Source: Candidatus Micrarchaeota archaeon
Lineage (GTDB): Archaea; Micrarchaeota; Micrarchaeia; Micrarchaeales; CABMGC01
Direction of reading: 5' to 3'
Assembly: GCA_021791245.1 (NCBI GenBank)
Contig: JAJYWY010000003.1
Coordinates: forward strand, 1 to 62,446
Length of the DNA: 62,446 nt
The first letter of the stretch is position 1; each line of letters begins with the position of its first letter. Positions 50,996-60,213 of the stretch are shown here, one piece after another. Below the pieces are notes generated by a model. That model saw only the letters and a program-made list of their open reading frames with translations, ran no database searches and had not been told where the DNA came from. The position numbers and the translations under genes are program-made.

Positions 50996-53193
50996 ACAAC
51001 GCAACATTGTTTAAGATTACTTCAATACCTGCGCCGTTAGATGCAAAATTTTTCGTTGAGAGCTTCCTTGGCAATTCTTTTGCGATTTATCACGACATAA
51101 AAAATGGCGGGACATATCTTGTAATGGATGACGTACAAAAAGCGCGTTTGTGCTCCGCAATGCCGGGAATTTCCATGGATAACGCTTCTTCCATAGAAGA
51201 ATTCGGGAATCCTTCAATTTTTGTTTTTTATACGATGCCAGAATCACATGCAGATAAGCGTGAAGCAAAACCGCAACTATTTTCAGATGCCTATAAAATT
51301 TTTAAAAATGCGGAAATGAATTTCTGCGTCTCTTTCCTTCCGATAAAAAAGGAAAATGTAGACGCGCTAAAAGACAGGCTGCAGAAAAACCTCAGCACAA
51401 AAGACATTAGGCAGACAAAGACTAAAAATGAGAAGACTGTAGCGTATTCCCTTACAGAATCCGTACATTCCGATTTATATTACGAATCCGAGGAGAAGAG
51501 GCTAAATGAATCCCTGCTCGGCAACATAGAAGACATAATACTCTCAAATTACTCCGGTTATAAAGCATTTATAATAGCCGAGGATAACCAGGAATTTTCC
51601 GCTTACCTGAAGTCAAAAGTCGTATTGGTAGACACGATAAAAACCATGGAGAATGATATTGTAAAAATTCTCGGAACCCTGGAGGATAAGAATTCTATTC
51701 CGATTTCATACGGCGTATGCGCGGGATTGGTATCATTCTCGCCAATGATAGAGAACAAGGAGATAGTCGATACTCAGCGCCCCAGCAATACTGGAGGAAT
51801 TAGCCTTGGAGGATTTATGGAAGGAGGGGTTGCAGAGCAAAACTATGAAGCACACATGGATGAAAGCGCACTAAATTTAGGCACCATAATAAGCGGGCTC
51901 CCAGGATGCGGCAAGACTGCGTTGTCAATGCTCGTTTGCAGACAGCTGCTGGAAAAGCCGGATGGCAGAACAAAGGTGATTGTAATCTCGCCAACCGAAG
52001 AATGGAATGGCATAGGCCGCCATTTTGGGCTTAGTATAATAAAGCCGTATGCATCAAATAAGAAGATAAATTTTTTCAGATGCTGCTCACGCCTCAATAT
52101 AGAGAAGTTCTATGAAAACCTTGCAATGCTGCTTGCCGCAGCTTCAAACGTTGGCCCTTACAAGGACTCGCTGGAAAAGTGCCTGCTCGCAGCATTTAGA
52201 AGAGTGTATGAAGATGCCAGGGATCCTGACCCGCTAGAGGTATACGAGGAGATAGAGGAGGCGGTCATAGAGCAACATGGAAAGAGAACAAACGTGGGGG
52301 TAAAATACACAAAACATGGAGAAAATATAAGGGCAGGTTTGGAAAACCTGAGATTGCTGCTCTTTAGACCGGAATTTTCGTGCAGGGAGGGCATTGATTT
52401 TGCCGAACTTATGGAAGGATCTGTATTTGATCTTTCTTGCGTAAGCAACGAGATGAAGCCGTTCTTTTATTCGCTGATATTGAATCAAATATACAGTTTC
52501 ACAGAAACATTCAACAACAATGGGGACTCTGAACTCAGGCTGCTGCTTTGCCTTGAGGAAGCTCAACTTATATTCAAGCAGGATAGCAAAATGTATCAAT
52601 CTGCGCCGACTGCGGATTTGAAGCAGAAGATACAGGATTTCAGGAAAAAAGGCATAGGGCTGATGCTCATAACGCACAACATAATGGATATAGACCAGAA
52701 TATAAGGAGGCTCTGCCAGAACAAGATATATTTCAGGCAGTCTGCGGATATAGTAAATTATGCGCTTATGGATCTTGGCTTTTACAGAGACGACGAAAGA
52801 ATCTTCTCAAGATTGAAATCTTTGGAGAATAGGGTCTGCGTCTTAACGTACGTGGAAAAGATAAACGGCATGGCGAGAGTAATTGGGCCTACTTTCCTTA
52901 AAACTCGCAATTATACTGCACCGACTGCAAATTATGATGCGGAAGACGGATATGAAAACAGCACGATAGTGATGCAGGTTAAAATAAATGCAAAAAAGGA
53001 AATTGGCCAGATTCATGCAAAGATAACCTATCTGGGAGAGGTGATATTCAAGAGTAAAGACGTTGGAAGTTGCATTAGCGTAAGGAACATAATTCCTGGG
53101 AGAAAATACAGACTATTAATTACAAACGAAAAAGGAAAAGCGCAGAAGGCGATTACCATTGTGGGAAATGAAGAGATTGCCATAGACGTATAA
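50992..53193 (+). CDS. HerA/FtsK-superfamily ATPase (second motor; T4SS coupling-protein-like role proposed)
   Basis: Walker A is IISGLPGCGKTALSML. It contains VIVISPTEEW, Walker B LLLCLEEAQLIF and KKGIGLMLITHNIMDIDQNI. There is a ~290-aa N-terminal non-TM domain and a beta-rich C-terminal domain. ATG 50992 overlaps the previous stop (ATGA) and follows GGTGG. Confidence 0.65.
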   Translation: MNNATLFKITSIPAPLDAKFFVESFLGNSFAIYHDIKNGGTYLVMDDVQKARLCSAMPGISMDNASSIEEFGNPSIFVFYTMPESHADKREAKPQLFSDAYKIFKNAEMNFCVSFLPIKKENVDALKDRLQKNLSTKDIRQTKTKNEKTVAYSLTESVHSDLYYESEEKRLNESLLGNIEDIILSNYSGYKAFIIAEDNQEFSAYLKSKVVLVDTIKTMENDIVKILGTLEDKNSIPISYGVCAGLVSFSPMIENKEIVDTQRPSNTGGISLGGFMEGGVAEQNYEAHMDESALNLGTIISGLPGCGKTALSMLVCRQLLEKPDGRTKVIVISPTEEWNGIGRHFGLSIIKPYASNKKINFFRCCSRLNIEKFYENLAMLLAAASNVGPYKDSLEKCLLAAFRRVYEDARDPDPLEVYEEIEEAVIEQHGKRTNVGVKYTKHGENIRAGLENLRLLLFRPEFSCREGIDFAELMEGSVFDLSCVSNEMKPFFYSLILNQIYSFTETFNNNGDSELRLLLCLEEAQLIFKQDSKMYQSAPTADLKQKIQDFRKKGIGLMLITHNIMDIDQNIRRLCQNKIYFRQSADIVNYALMDLGFYRDDERIFSRLKSLENRVCVLTYVEKINGMARVIGPTFLKTRNYTAPTANYDAEDGYENSTIVMQVKINAKKEIGQIHAKITYLGEVIFKSKDVGSCISVRNIIPGRKYRLLITNEKGKAQKAITIVGNEEIAIDV

Positions 53194-53207
53194 TTCCTTA
53201 GGAAATA

Positions 53208-56042
53208 TTATAGCATCTCTATGCTCGGCTTCATCGGCAGCGCCCTTTCAGCCCTAGGAGATTTAGATTCCGATTCCTTCTCTACCGTAACTTCGATATT
53301 TACCGCTTTTGATATGTATTCCGAATGTTCTTTCAGGAAAGCGAATTCCTCGTCTTCACTGGCATCGATTTTTTTCAATGAACCCATGTTCTTGGCGAAT
53401 TTTTCAACGAGTTTGGCCGCTTCCTCCTTGTTAATTTCCGGATTGGAACCGATTTTATCTATTGCCTTTGAAGGAGTTTTTGTCTCAGCGAGATTGTTCA
53501 GCACCTCGCGCTTCCATTCGCTTGCTACTATGAGCTTTATCCCTTTCGGCTTCGAGCCTTTTCTTCCCATAAGCGATATTAGGCTTTTTATATCTTCTAT
53601 ATTCTTTCCCAGGTTTTCGTATTGCTTCTCGAGCTTGTCGTTTATCATTCCTTCGTTCGCAGAAGGCCATTTCTCAAGCGATGCAAAAGTATTGTTGCCA
53701 AGATTATGCCACATTTCCTCTGAAACGTGGGGCGCAACAGGCTGCAGCATGAGCACAATATCTTGCAGGAACTCTCTTAGGGTTATCTCGTTGTTGCCTC
53801 CCATGCTGAAATAATCCTTGAGTTCTATTACCGAATTGTACAATACGTTTGTCATTGCATCCCTTAGCTCCATGCCTTCCATTGCCTCAGTAGCGTTCTT
53901 TATCTTCTTGTTAAGCCTGGAATACATTAGGTAATCCGCGCTTTTCAGTTCGCTGGGTTCATAATCGTGGAGCTTATCGAGTATGCTGTTCAGAAACTCC
54001 AGTCTTTCCTTTATTCCGTTTATAGCTTCCACGCTGAACTCAAAATCGCTGTTCAGGTCAGCCCCTGCTATCACGCTTATCCTAAGCGGGTCCGCGCCAT
54101 ACATTTTTATTGCCTTCATCAATGGCACAGTATTGCCAAGACTTTTGCTCATTTTCTCGCCTTCGCTTAAAACCCCGCCATTTACTACTATCTGCTTCGG
54201 CCAATATTTCCTGTCAAGGATTATTGAATGGTTGAATAGGTACATTGTAAGGTGGTTTGCGATAAGATCAGAATATGAATGCCTTGAAGTTTCTGCATAC
54301 CAGTATGTAAACGATTCCCTGCACTTCTGCACTATATCGTAGTCTATCCCCGTCTGCTTTGACGTTTCTTCTGCTCCACCCTTTCCGAGCAGGACAAAAT
54401 CGAAAAATTCCGGCTTCAGCTTCTCGGGCTCTATTCCCCTTATGTATGGGAGAAGCGTATAGAATGGCATGTACATTGTGGAATCGGACAATGACTCTAT
54501 TATTAGATTTTTATTTAACGGGAACTTTGTGCCAAGACCCTGTGACCTTGCCACTGCCCTTAGGTTTAACCAGTCTATTATGCCACTGAATGCCTGCCTG
54601 AGCTTTTCAGGGTATATTTTTGCATTATTAAGCGCTTCTTTTGCAAGAACTTTCCATTTTGCATCTCCATAATTCAGGAACCACTGGTCGTCAATAACCT
54701 TTACTATAACTTCGTGTCCGCATCTGCAGAAGACCGGCGCATTTGAAAGTATATATATCTCAAATGCGTTGTCTTTGCTAAGCAGCATATTCTTTATCTT
54801 CTCCCTTGCTTCCGGCTCCCCCATTCCTTCGAATCCTGAAACTATCATCTTTCCCCAGTGGGATTCTTCTCTATACTGTATCTTTGTTGCGAATTCAAGC
54901 ATATCGTTTATGGCATTAACGTTGGTGTGCAGAATCTCAAGATACGCCAGTGCAGGTATCTCCTTATGTTCAGGTTTTGCCTCTCCTACCGCAACATCGC
55001 TTATTGATCTTCCTATATCAACATCTATTATCTTCTTAGGCTTTATGCCGCTTACATCATAGCCGCTTTGTCTGAGCCTCTCTATCGCAGCATAGTCGAA
55101 GGGTGCATGCGCTGGAACGCTCATAACTATGCCAGTGCCTACTCCTTCCTTAACAAAAAATCCCGGAAGTATTGGGATAGATTCACTGGTAATTGGATTC
55201 ACGACTTTTTTGCCTATAAGCTCTTTTCCTTCAATTGTTTTATTTATTTTTATCTCAAATTGGTGCAAAAGCTTCTGTGCAGCCTTCTCTTCAATGTAGA
55301 TGCTTTCTCCAAATACGTCGCAAAGGGAATACTTCGCGGTTTCGCAGACGAATACGTTTGTTACCCCATATATAGTTTCCGGCCTGTATGTTGCGCATGC
55401 GACGAATGCTTCTTCTCCTTCCACCTTGAATTTTATTGCGGTTTCCTTCTCTATTTCTGGCTCTACGTCATGCTTCGTATCGTGCATGCCCACTGCATTG
55501 TTGTCGTTAGTGCACCATCCAAGAGGATGCCTATCCTTTACAAGAAGTCCGTTTTTTTCTAATTGGATAAATTGCCATTCCACAAACTTTGCGAATATTG
55601 GATCCAAAGTAACAAAAGATCTCCTCCAGTCTATTCCAAACCCTATCCTCTTCATCCCTTTTGCCGTCTCATTTGCAAAATATTCCACTATGTATTCCGG
55701 ATCTATGAACTTTGCTATCTCGTCTTCTGGTATATCGAACATCTTGAATTCCTCAAGAAGGTCCATGTCCTTCTCCTTGACTCTTTTTGCAAATGCCAAT
55801 ATCGGCGTGCCTGTTCCATGAAATCCCATCGGGAATAAAACGTTATACCCCTGCATTCTTTTGTATCTGCCAAAAACGTCCGCAGTTCCAAAAGTCCTGA
55901 GGTGGCCTATATGCTGCGGCGCATTTACATATGGAATTGCGGCAGTTACCAAAAGCTCTTTTTTGCCGCTGGGCATGCTCTCAAATATTTTGGCCTTTTC
56001 CCATTCGCGCTGCCATTTTTCCTCTATTTCTTCAAAATCCAG
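53208..56042 (-). CDS. leuS: leucine--tRNA ligase (archaeal type); start codon uncertain (non-canonical)
   Basis: Contains AAIPYVNAPQHIGHLRTFG (HIGH), KMSKSLGN (KMSKS) and CP1 editing-domain blocks. The ORF-track start is ATG 55976, but the same frame is open upstream and encodes (L)DFEEIEEKWQREWEKAKIFES, the conserved LeuRS N-terminal helix. The extension goes to CTG 56042, which lies 5 nt after GGTG. Confidence 0.9.
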   Translation of the reverse strand: MDFEEIEEKWQREWEKAKIFESMPSGKKELLVTAAIPYVNAPQHIGHLRTFGTADVFGRYKRMQGYNVLFPMGFHGTGTPILAFAKRVKEKDMDLLEEFKMFDIPEDEIAKFIDPEYIVEYFANETAKGMKRIGFGIDWRRSFVTLDPIFAKFVEWQFIQLEKNGLLVKDRHPLGWCTNDNNAVGMHDTKHDVEPEIEKETAIKFKVEGEEAFVACATYRPETIYGVTNVFVCETAKYSLCDVFGESIYIEEKAAQKLLHQFEIKINKTIEGKELIGKKVVNPITSESIPILPGFFVKEGVGTGIVMSVPAHAPFDYAAIERLRQSGYDVSGIKPKKIIDVDIGRSISDVAVGEAKPEHKEIPALAYLEILHTNVNAINDMLEFATKIQYREESHWGKMIVSGFEGMGEPEAREKIKNMLLSKDNAFEIYILSNAPVFCRCGHEVIVKVIDDQWFLNYGDAKWKVLAKEALNNAKIYPEKLRQAFSGIIDWLNLRAVARSQGLGTKFPLNKNLIIESLSDSTMYMPFYTLLPYIRGIEPEKLKPEFFDFVLLGKGGAEETSKQTGIDYDIVQKCRESFTYWYAETSRHSYSDLIANHLTMYLFNHSIILDRKYWPKQIVVNGGVLSEGEKMSKSLGNTVPLMKAIKMYGADPLRISVIAGADLNSDFEFSVEAINGIKERLEFLNSILDKLHDYEPSELKSADYLMYSRLNKKIKNATEAMEGMELRDAMTNVLYNSVIELKDYFSMGGNNEITLREFLQDIVLMLQPVAPHVSEEMWHNLGNNTFASLEKWPSANEGMINDKLEKQYENLGKNIEDIKSLISLMGRKGSKPKGIKLIVASEWKREVLNNLAETKTPSKAIDKIGSNPEINKEEAAKLVEKFAKNMGSLKKIDASEDEEFAFLKEHSEYISKAVNIEVTVEKESESKSPRAERALPMKPSIEML

Positions 56043-56056
56043 AAAGACACCAATAT

Positions 56057-56707
56057 CTAATTGTTAATCTTTTTTGCTGCTATCCTGTATATTATGTATA
56101 ATAGTATTATGAATATTCCGATTCCCGCTATAGTAATCCCGGCATTCGACGTGGTGAGCGCATAATATCCGAATGCTATAAGCACAACGTCCCAGATTAC
56201 CGAACCGATCATTGAATAAAGGAAGAACTTTTTCTGGTCCATAAGCGCGAAACCCGCAGGAAAATTTATCAGGCCCCTTACCACAGGAATAAGCCTTGAA
56301 ATAAACACGGCAAAAGGCCCGTTTTTTGCAAACCACGCGTCGAAATTATCCAGAGTGCTTTTCTTTATTCTTAGCATGTTAAGATGCTTATACACCACAT
56401 CCTTTCCAAAGAAATATGCGATGTAATAGTCTATGGCCATCCCGATGAAATTTGCAAGGAGCACGGCAGGCAGCAAAAGGTAGGTGCCATAAGCTCCAAA
56501 CGCACCTTTCTCTGCAAGGTATCCTGCAAAAGGCAGAACAACCTCGCTTGGGATAGGACCCGATGCGGCCTCTGCAACCATGAGTATGAATATGGCAAGA
56601 ATGCCGTATGAATTTATAAAGTTCATGAAAGGGATTGTTGCTGATGAAAGATGCTGCATGCCTGATGACGCATTAATTGCAATCAATATGAACCACGTAG
56701 TATACAT
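56057..56707 (-). CDS. dedA: DedA-family membrane protein
   Basis: Contains AEAASGPIPSEVVLPFAGYLAEKG and FISRLIPVVRGLINFPAG, the DedA/SNARE-associated signature. Confidence 0.8.
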   Translation of the reverse strand: MYTTWFILIAINASSGMQHLSSATIPFMNFINSYGILAIFILMVAEAASGPIPSEVVLPFAGYLAEKGAFGAYGTYLLLPAVLLANFIGMAIDYYIAYFFGKDVVYKHLNMLRIKKSTLDNFDAWFAKNGPFAVFISRLIPVVRGLINFPAGFALMDQKKFFLYSMIGSVIWDVVLIAFGYYALTTSNAGITIAGIGIFIILLYIIYRIAAKKINN

Positions 56708-56760
56708 ACGGATACAATTGCTATTACCATTTATTATCCTTTTCGAAAAATATTATCTTG

Positions 56761-57798
56761 ATGAAGATTTTCAAATTCAACGATGCCGAGAATACGCTTA
56801 AGCTTAGGCCAGATTCGTTCGACGACCTCTACCTGCTGGAAAGGGTGCTTGCAAAAGGCGACAGTGTAGAGGCTGCCACATTCAGGAGATTCAGACCTAG
56901 CGAGGGAGATGAAGGAGAGCAGAAGGAAGTGGTAATCAAGATACTCTTAGATGAAATAGAGCTGGACAAGAGCGCAATGCGCCTTAGGCTCACGGGCAAG
57001 ATACTTTCTGGAAGACCTGAAGAATTTATCCGGCTTGGCAGCTACCATACGATTAACGTTGCGCAGGGAGACACGATAGAGATACAGAAGGCAGAATGGA
57101 AGAATTATATAATAAGAAGAGTGAAGCAAGCTGTTCAGGAGACGCACAGGCCTAAGCTCAGCGTCATTGCATTAGACGATGAAAAAGCCACCCTTGCATA
57201 TCTGCGCGGATACGGGATAGACATAATTGCCGAGATATACAGCCATCTGAGCAAAAGGATGAAAGAAAGCGATTTTGCAAAGCAGAAGGTACTATATTTT
57301 TCGGATATAGCAAAATACTCTAAGGGCATGGAAGGCGACATACTGGTTATAGCAGGACCGGGATTCGAAAAGGACAATTTCAAGAGGTACTTGGAGCAGA
57401 ATGGAATAAACCTGGGAAAAAGGATTGTATATGCGGCCGTTAGCAATGCGGAAAGGTCCGGAGTTAGGGAAGCTGTGCAGAGCGAAGCTGTTGCAAAGCT
57501 AATGGAGCAGGAGCACATAAAGGAGGAATTCAATCTGCTTAACGTGTTTCTTCAAGGCTTAAACATTAATAAATCACATTACGGAATAGCAGATGTTGCG
57601 CATTCGCTGGCGGACTATTCTGCAGGAATAATACTTGTAAACGACAGGGTATTGAATGTAAAGGATTTCCAGGACGTGCTTGACAAAGCGGATTTGCAAA
57701 AAGTCAGAATAGAGATATTCAATTCCGACGATGAGGCAGGAATGCAATTGGCAAATTTCAAGGATATAGCTTCAATACCTAAGGAGATGGCATTATAG
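56761..57798 (+). CDS. pelA: pelota (Dom34) mRNA surveillance / ribosome rescue factor
   Basis: The N-terminus is MKIFKFNDAENTLKLRPDSFDDLYLLERVL. It has an eRF1-like central and C-terminal domain (VIAGPGFEKDNF, VSNAERSGVREA). Confidence 0.88.
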   Translation: MKIFKFNDAENTLKLRPDSFDDLYLLERVLAKGDSVEAATFRRFRPSEGDEGEQKEVVIKILLDEIELDKSAMRLRLTGKILSGRPEEFIRLGSYHTINVAQGDTIEIQKAEWKNYIIRRVKQAVQETHRPKLSVIALDDEKATLAYLRGYGIDIIAEIYSHLSKRMKESDFAKQKVLYFSDIAKYSKGMEGDILVIAGPGFEKDNFKRYLEQNGINLGKRIVYAAVSNAERSGVREAVQSEAVAKLMEQEHIKEEFNLLNVFLQGLNINKSHYGIADVAHSLADYSAGIILVNDRVLNVKDFQDVLDKADLQKVRIEIFNSDDEAGMQLANFKDIASIPKEMAL

Positions 57799-57803
57799 GC
57801 GCT

Positions 57804-59252
57804 TTATGCAGAATACGAAACTACGCAGCTTGGGTAGCCATTCGCAACCGGCATATTGCTTGTTGGCTGCCATGTTTCGAGTGCGCCTGAACTTAGTATT
57901 GGAGAATAGTATACAGAATTGACGTTTCCGCTTCCATCGTTTCCGCCTATGCAGTATATGTTATTGTACGCGCTTACACAACTATTCCCCCAAACCGTTA
58001 TTGGATAGCTGTTTGTAGCCTGCCACTGGCCTATGTTGCCCCCTGAGATTGGCGCATAATATGCATAATCATAGGTAGTTGAACCTGAGCCTATGTAATT
58101 GTTCCCGCCTATGCAGTATATGTTTCCATTGGAGGCAGCGCAAGGATTGTTGTTTTCCCCAATTGGCACAGGATATGCGTTTGCAGCAATCCACGCACCT
58201 ATGCCGCCGCTTGACAAAGACGCATAATATACGGAATTTATGCCAGGCACTCCTGAATTTCCTCCAATGCAGTATATGTATCCGCCGTAATTAGCGCAAG
58301 CCTCGCTGGCTGCTGCTTTTGGATAATTTCCGGCAAACGACCATTGCACAGCCCCGGAGCTTGAAATAGGCGCATAATATGCGGCGTTGGCAAATATTCC
58401 ATATCTTTGCCCTGCAACACAGAAGAAATAGCCATTCTGCGTAGTGCATGATTGATAACCGTCTTCCAGCGGATAATTGGCTGTATATTCCCATGCGCCG
58501 AGCCCTGAATGCGATATGCTTGCGTAATATACCGTGTTAGAATATGTATATGGGCTGCCCTGGCCGTTATTGCCTCCTGAGCAATAAATGTATCCTTCGG
58601 AAACAACGCATGGCATTGCTAAATCATTTATCGGATATGGGGTTGTTGACTTCCATGAGGTTATCCCTGATTGCGAAATATACGAATAATATACGCTGTC
58701 CGAGAGTCCGGAAGAAGATCCGCCAACGCAATACACTTCTGGAAGCAATGATTGCGAAGGAGTAGATGTTGCAAAGAAAGAACCAGTAAAAGTTGCGTTC
58801 TCGTTTGATGAAGTGCAATGGGGCAGCATATTTACGCCTGCGCTGCACAGCTGCGCCTTTATCGAATACACGCCTCTTGCTAGAATATAGTCGTTTATAA
58901 CTACGTTTAGCTCTGATGTGCATATTGCCGCCTGCCCCGGATAAAGCAAATCCCTGTCGCATGAACCGGTAGTGAGGGAAGACCCTGTACCTATCCCTGC
59001 AGAGAAGCCGGTTATGTTAATAGGAGCATCCTGCGAATTGGAAAGCAATACGCTGATTGTTGTGGCCGTGGCATTTGCATACACTTCTACATTTTGGCAG
59101 TTCATTCCTCCGAATGAGGTGCAGCTTGGCTGGATCTCATTTTTAGGAACATTAAAGTAAAATATTATAGCAACTATGATGATGCCTATTATGACGAATA
59201 CAAATCCGTAGACGGTCATGAATTCTATTGCAGTCTGCGCTTTATGATCCAT
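57804..59252 (-). CDS. class III signal peptide (pilin-like) protein with six Kelch-like beta-propeller repeats
   Basis: The N-terminus is MDHKAQTAIEFMTVYGFVFVIIGIIIVAIIFYF. Six ~47-aa units carry the core VYYA(S/P)IS.SG...W......YP.......C.....G.IYCIGGN. Confidence 0.7.
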   Translation of the reverse strand: MDHKAQTAIEFMTVYGFVFVIIGIIIVAIIFYFNVPKNEIQPSCTSFGGMNCQNVEVYANATATTISVLLSNSQDAPINITGFSAGIGTGSSLTTGSCDRDLLYPGQAAICTSELNVVINDYILARGVYSIKAQLCSAGVNMLPHCTSSNENATFTGSFFATSTPSQSLLPEVYCVGGSSSGLSDSVYYSYISQSGITSWKSTTPYPINDLAMPCVVSEGYIYCSGGNNGQGSPYTYSNTVYYASISHSGLGAWEYTANYPLEDGYQSCTTQNGYFFCVAGQRYGIFANAAYYAPISSSGAVQWSFAGNYPKAAASEACANYGGYIYCIGGNSGVPGINSVYYASLSSGGIGAWIAANAYPVPIGENNNPCAASNGNIYCIGGNNYIGSGSTTYDYAYYAPISGGNIGQWQATNSYPITVWGNSCVSAYNNIYCIGGNDGSGNVNSVYYSPILSSGALETWQPTSNMPVANGYPSCVVSYSA

Positions 59253-59300
59253 AATCCCAAAAGTTATTATGCTAAGCTGCTATAAAAATATGCTGCTATT

Positions 59301-60101
59301 ATGGATGCGCACATGGCCATTTACTTCTTCCCGAAAAAAAGCATGGGCCAAAATTTTCTGATGAACGATACTATAGCCGAATCGGAGGCAATGCATGGAA
59401 TAGGCAGGCACGTGATAGAGATAGGGCCAGGATTTGGCATGCTGACAAAAAAATTGTGCAAATATGCAGCTTCTGTAATCGCAGTAGAGAAGGATCCTTA
59501 CTTGTTCGAACGTCTGAAAAGAACCATAAAGTCAAGGAAGGTAAGATTTATTAAAGCTGATTTTTTCGATGTCGCGGATAACGAGTTAGAATTGGGAAAG
59601 AACCCCATTGTCATAGCAAATGTTCCATATAATATATCTGGAAAAGTGATAGAATGGCTTTCTCTGAAAGGAGTAGACGCCCTGCTCTGCCTGCAAAAGG
59701 AGTTTGTTGACAGGATGGTTGCAAAACCGGGCGGCAGGGATTATTCGAAATTAAGCGTGATAACATCGCTGTCCTTTTCCGCAACACGCTTGGGTGACGT
59801 GAAAAAAGGCAATTTCAGGCCGATGCCTAAAGTGGATTCCTCGCTTATTTATCTAAAGCCCAAAAATATGCATATTGATCCAGAGGCAATTAAGATGCTC
59901 GATCTGCTTATGCAGCACAAGAAGAAAACAGTGCGGAAAGCGATTATAGATTCAAGGTATTACCTGAAAAAAGACAAAAATAAGATTGTTGCCATGGCAG
60001 ATGCATTAAAGTACAAAGAAGAGCGTGTTTTTAACCTCGCGCCTGAAGTGCTTTTATCGATTAGCGAAGAGATATATGCAAAACAAAAACAAATGAGCTG
60101 A
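59301..60101 (+). CDS. rsmA: 16S rRNA (adenine-N6,N6)-dimethyltransferase KsgA/RsmA (Dim1)
   Basis: Contains KKSMGQNFL, VIEIGPGFGMLT (SAM motif I) and IANVPYNISG. Confidence 0.9.
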   Translation: MDAHMAIYFFPKKSMGQNFLMNDTIAESEAMHGIGRHVIEIGPGFGMLTKKLCKYAASVIAVEKDPYLFERLKRTIKSRKVRFIKADFFDVADNELELGKNPIVIANVPYNISGKVIEWLSLKGVDALLCLQKEFVDRMVAKPGGRDYSKLSVITSLSFSATRLGDVKKGNFRPMPKVDSSLIYLKPKNMHIDPEAIKMLDLLMQHKKKTVRKAIIDSRYYLKKDKNKIVAMADALKYKEERVFNLAPEVLLSISEEIYAKQKQMS

Positions 60102-60213
60102 AATAAACAAACTCTTTGCAATGCAAACTTTCAATACATCCATATATGGTTTATTCTAGAAACTTGAGTTTGCAGTCCTTGTCGCTAAGTGGAGGATTAA
60201 AAAGCGGTTTGGG

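Noticed and set aside
53221-55838. Several 60-197-aa + strand ORFs inside the LeuRS region.
   Set aside because: LeuRS on the minus strand is continuous with HIGH and KMSKS motifs. The + strand ORFs are shadows.
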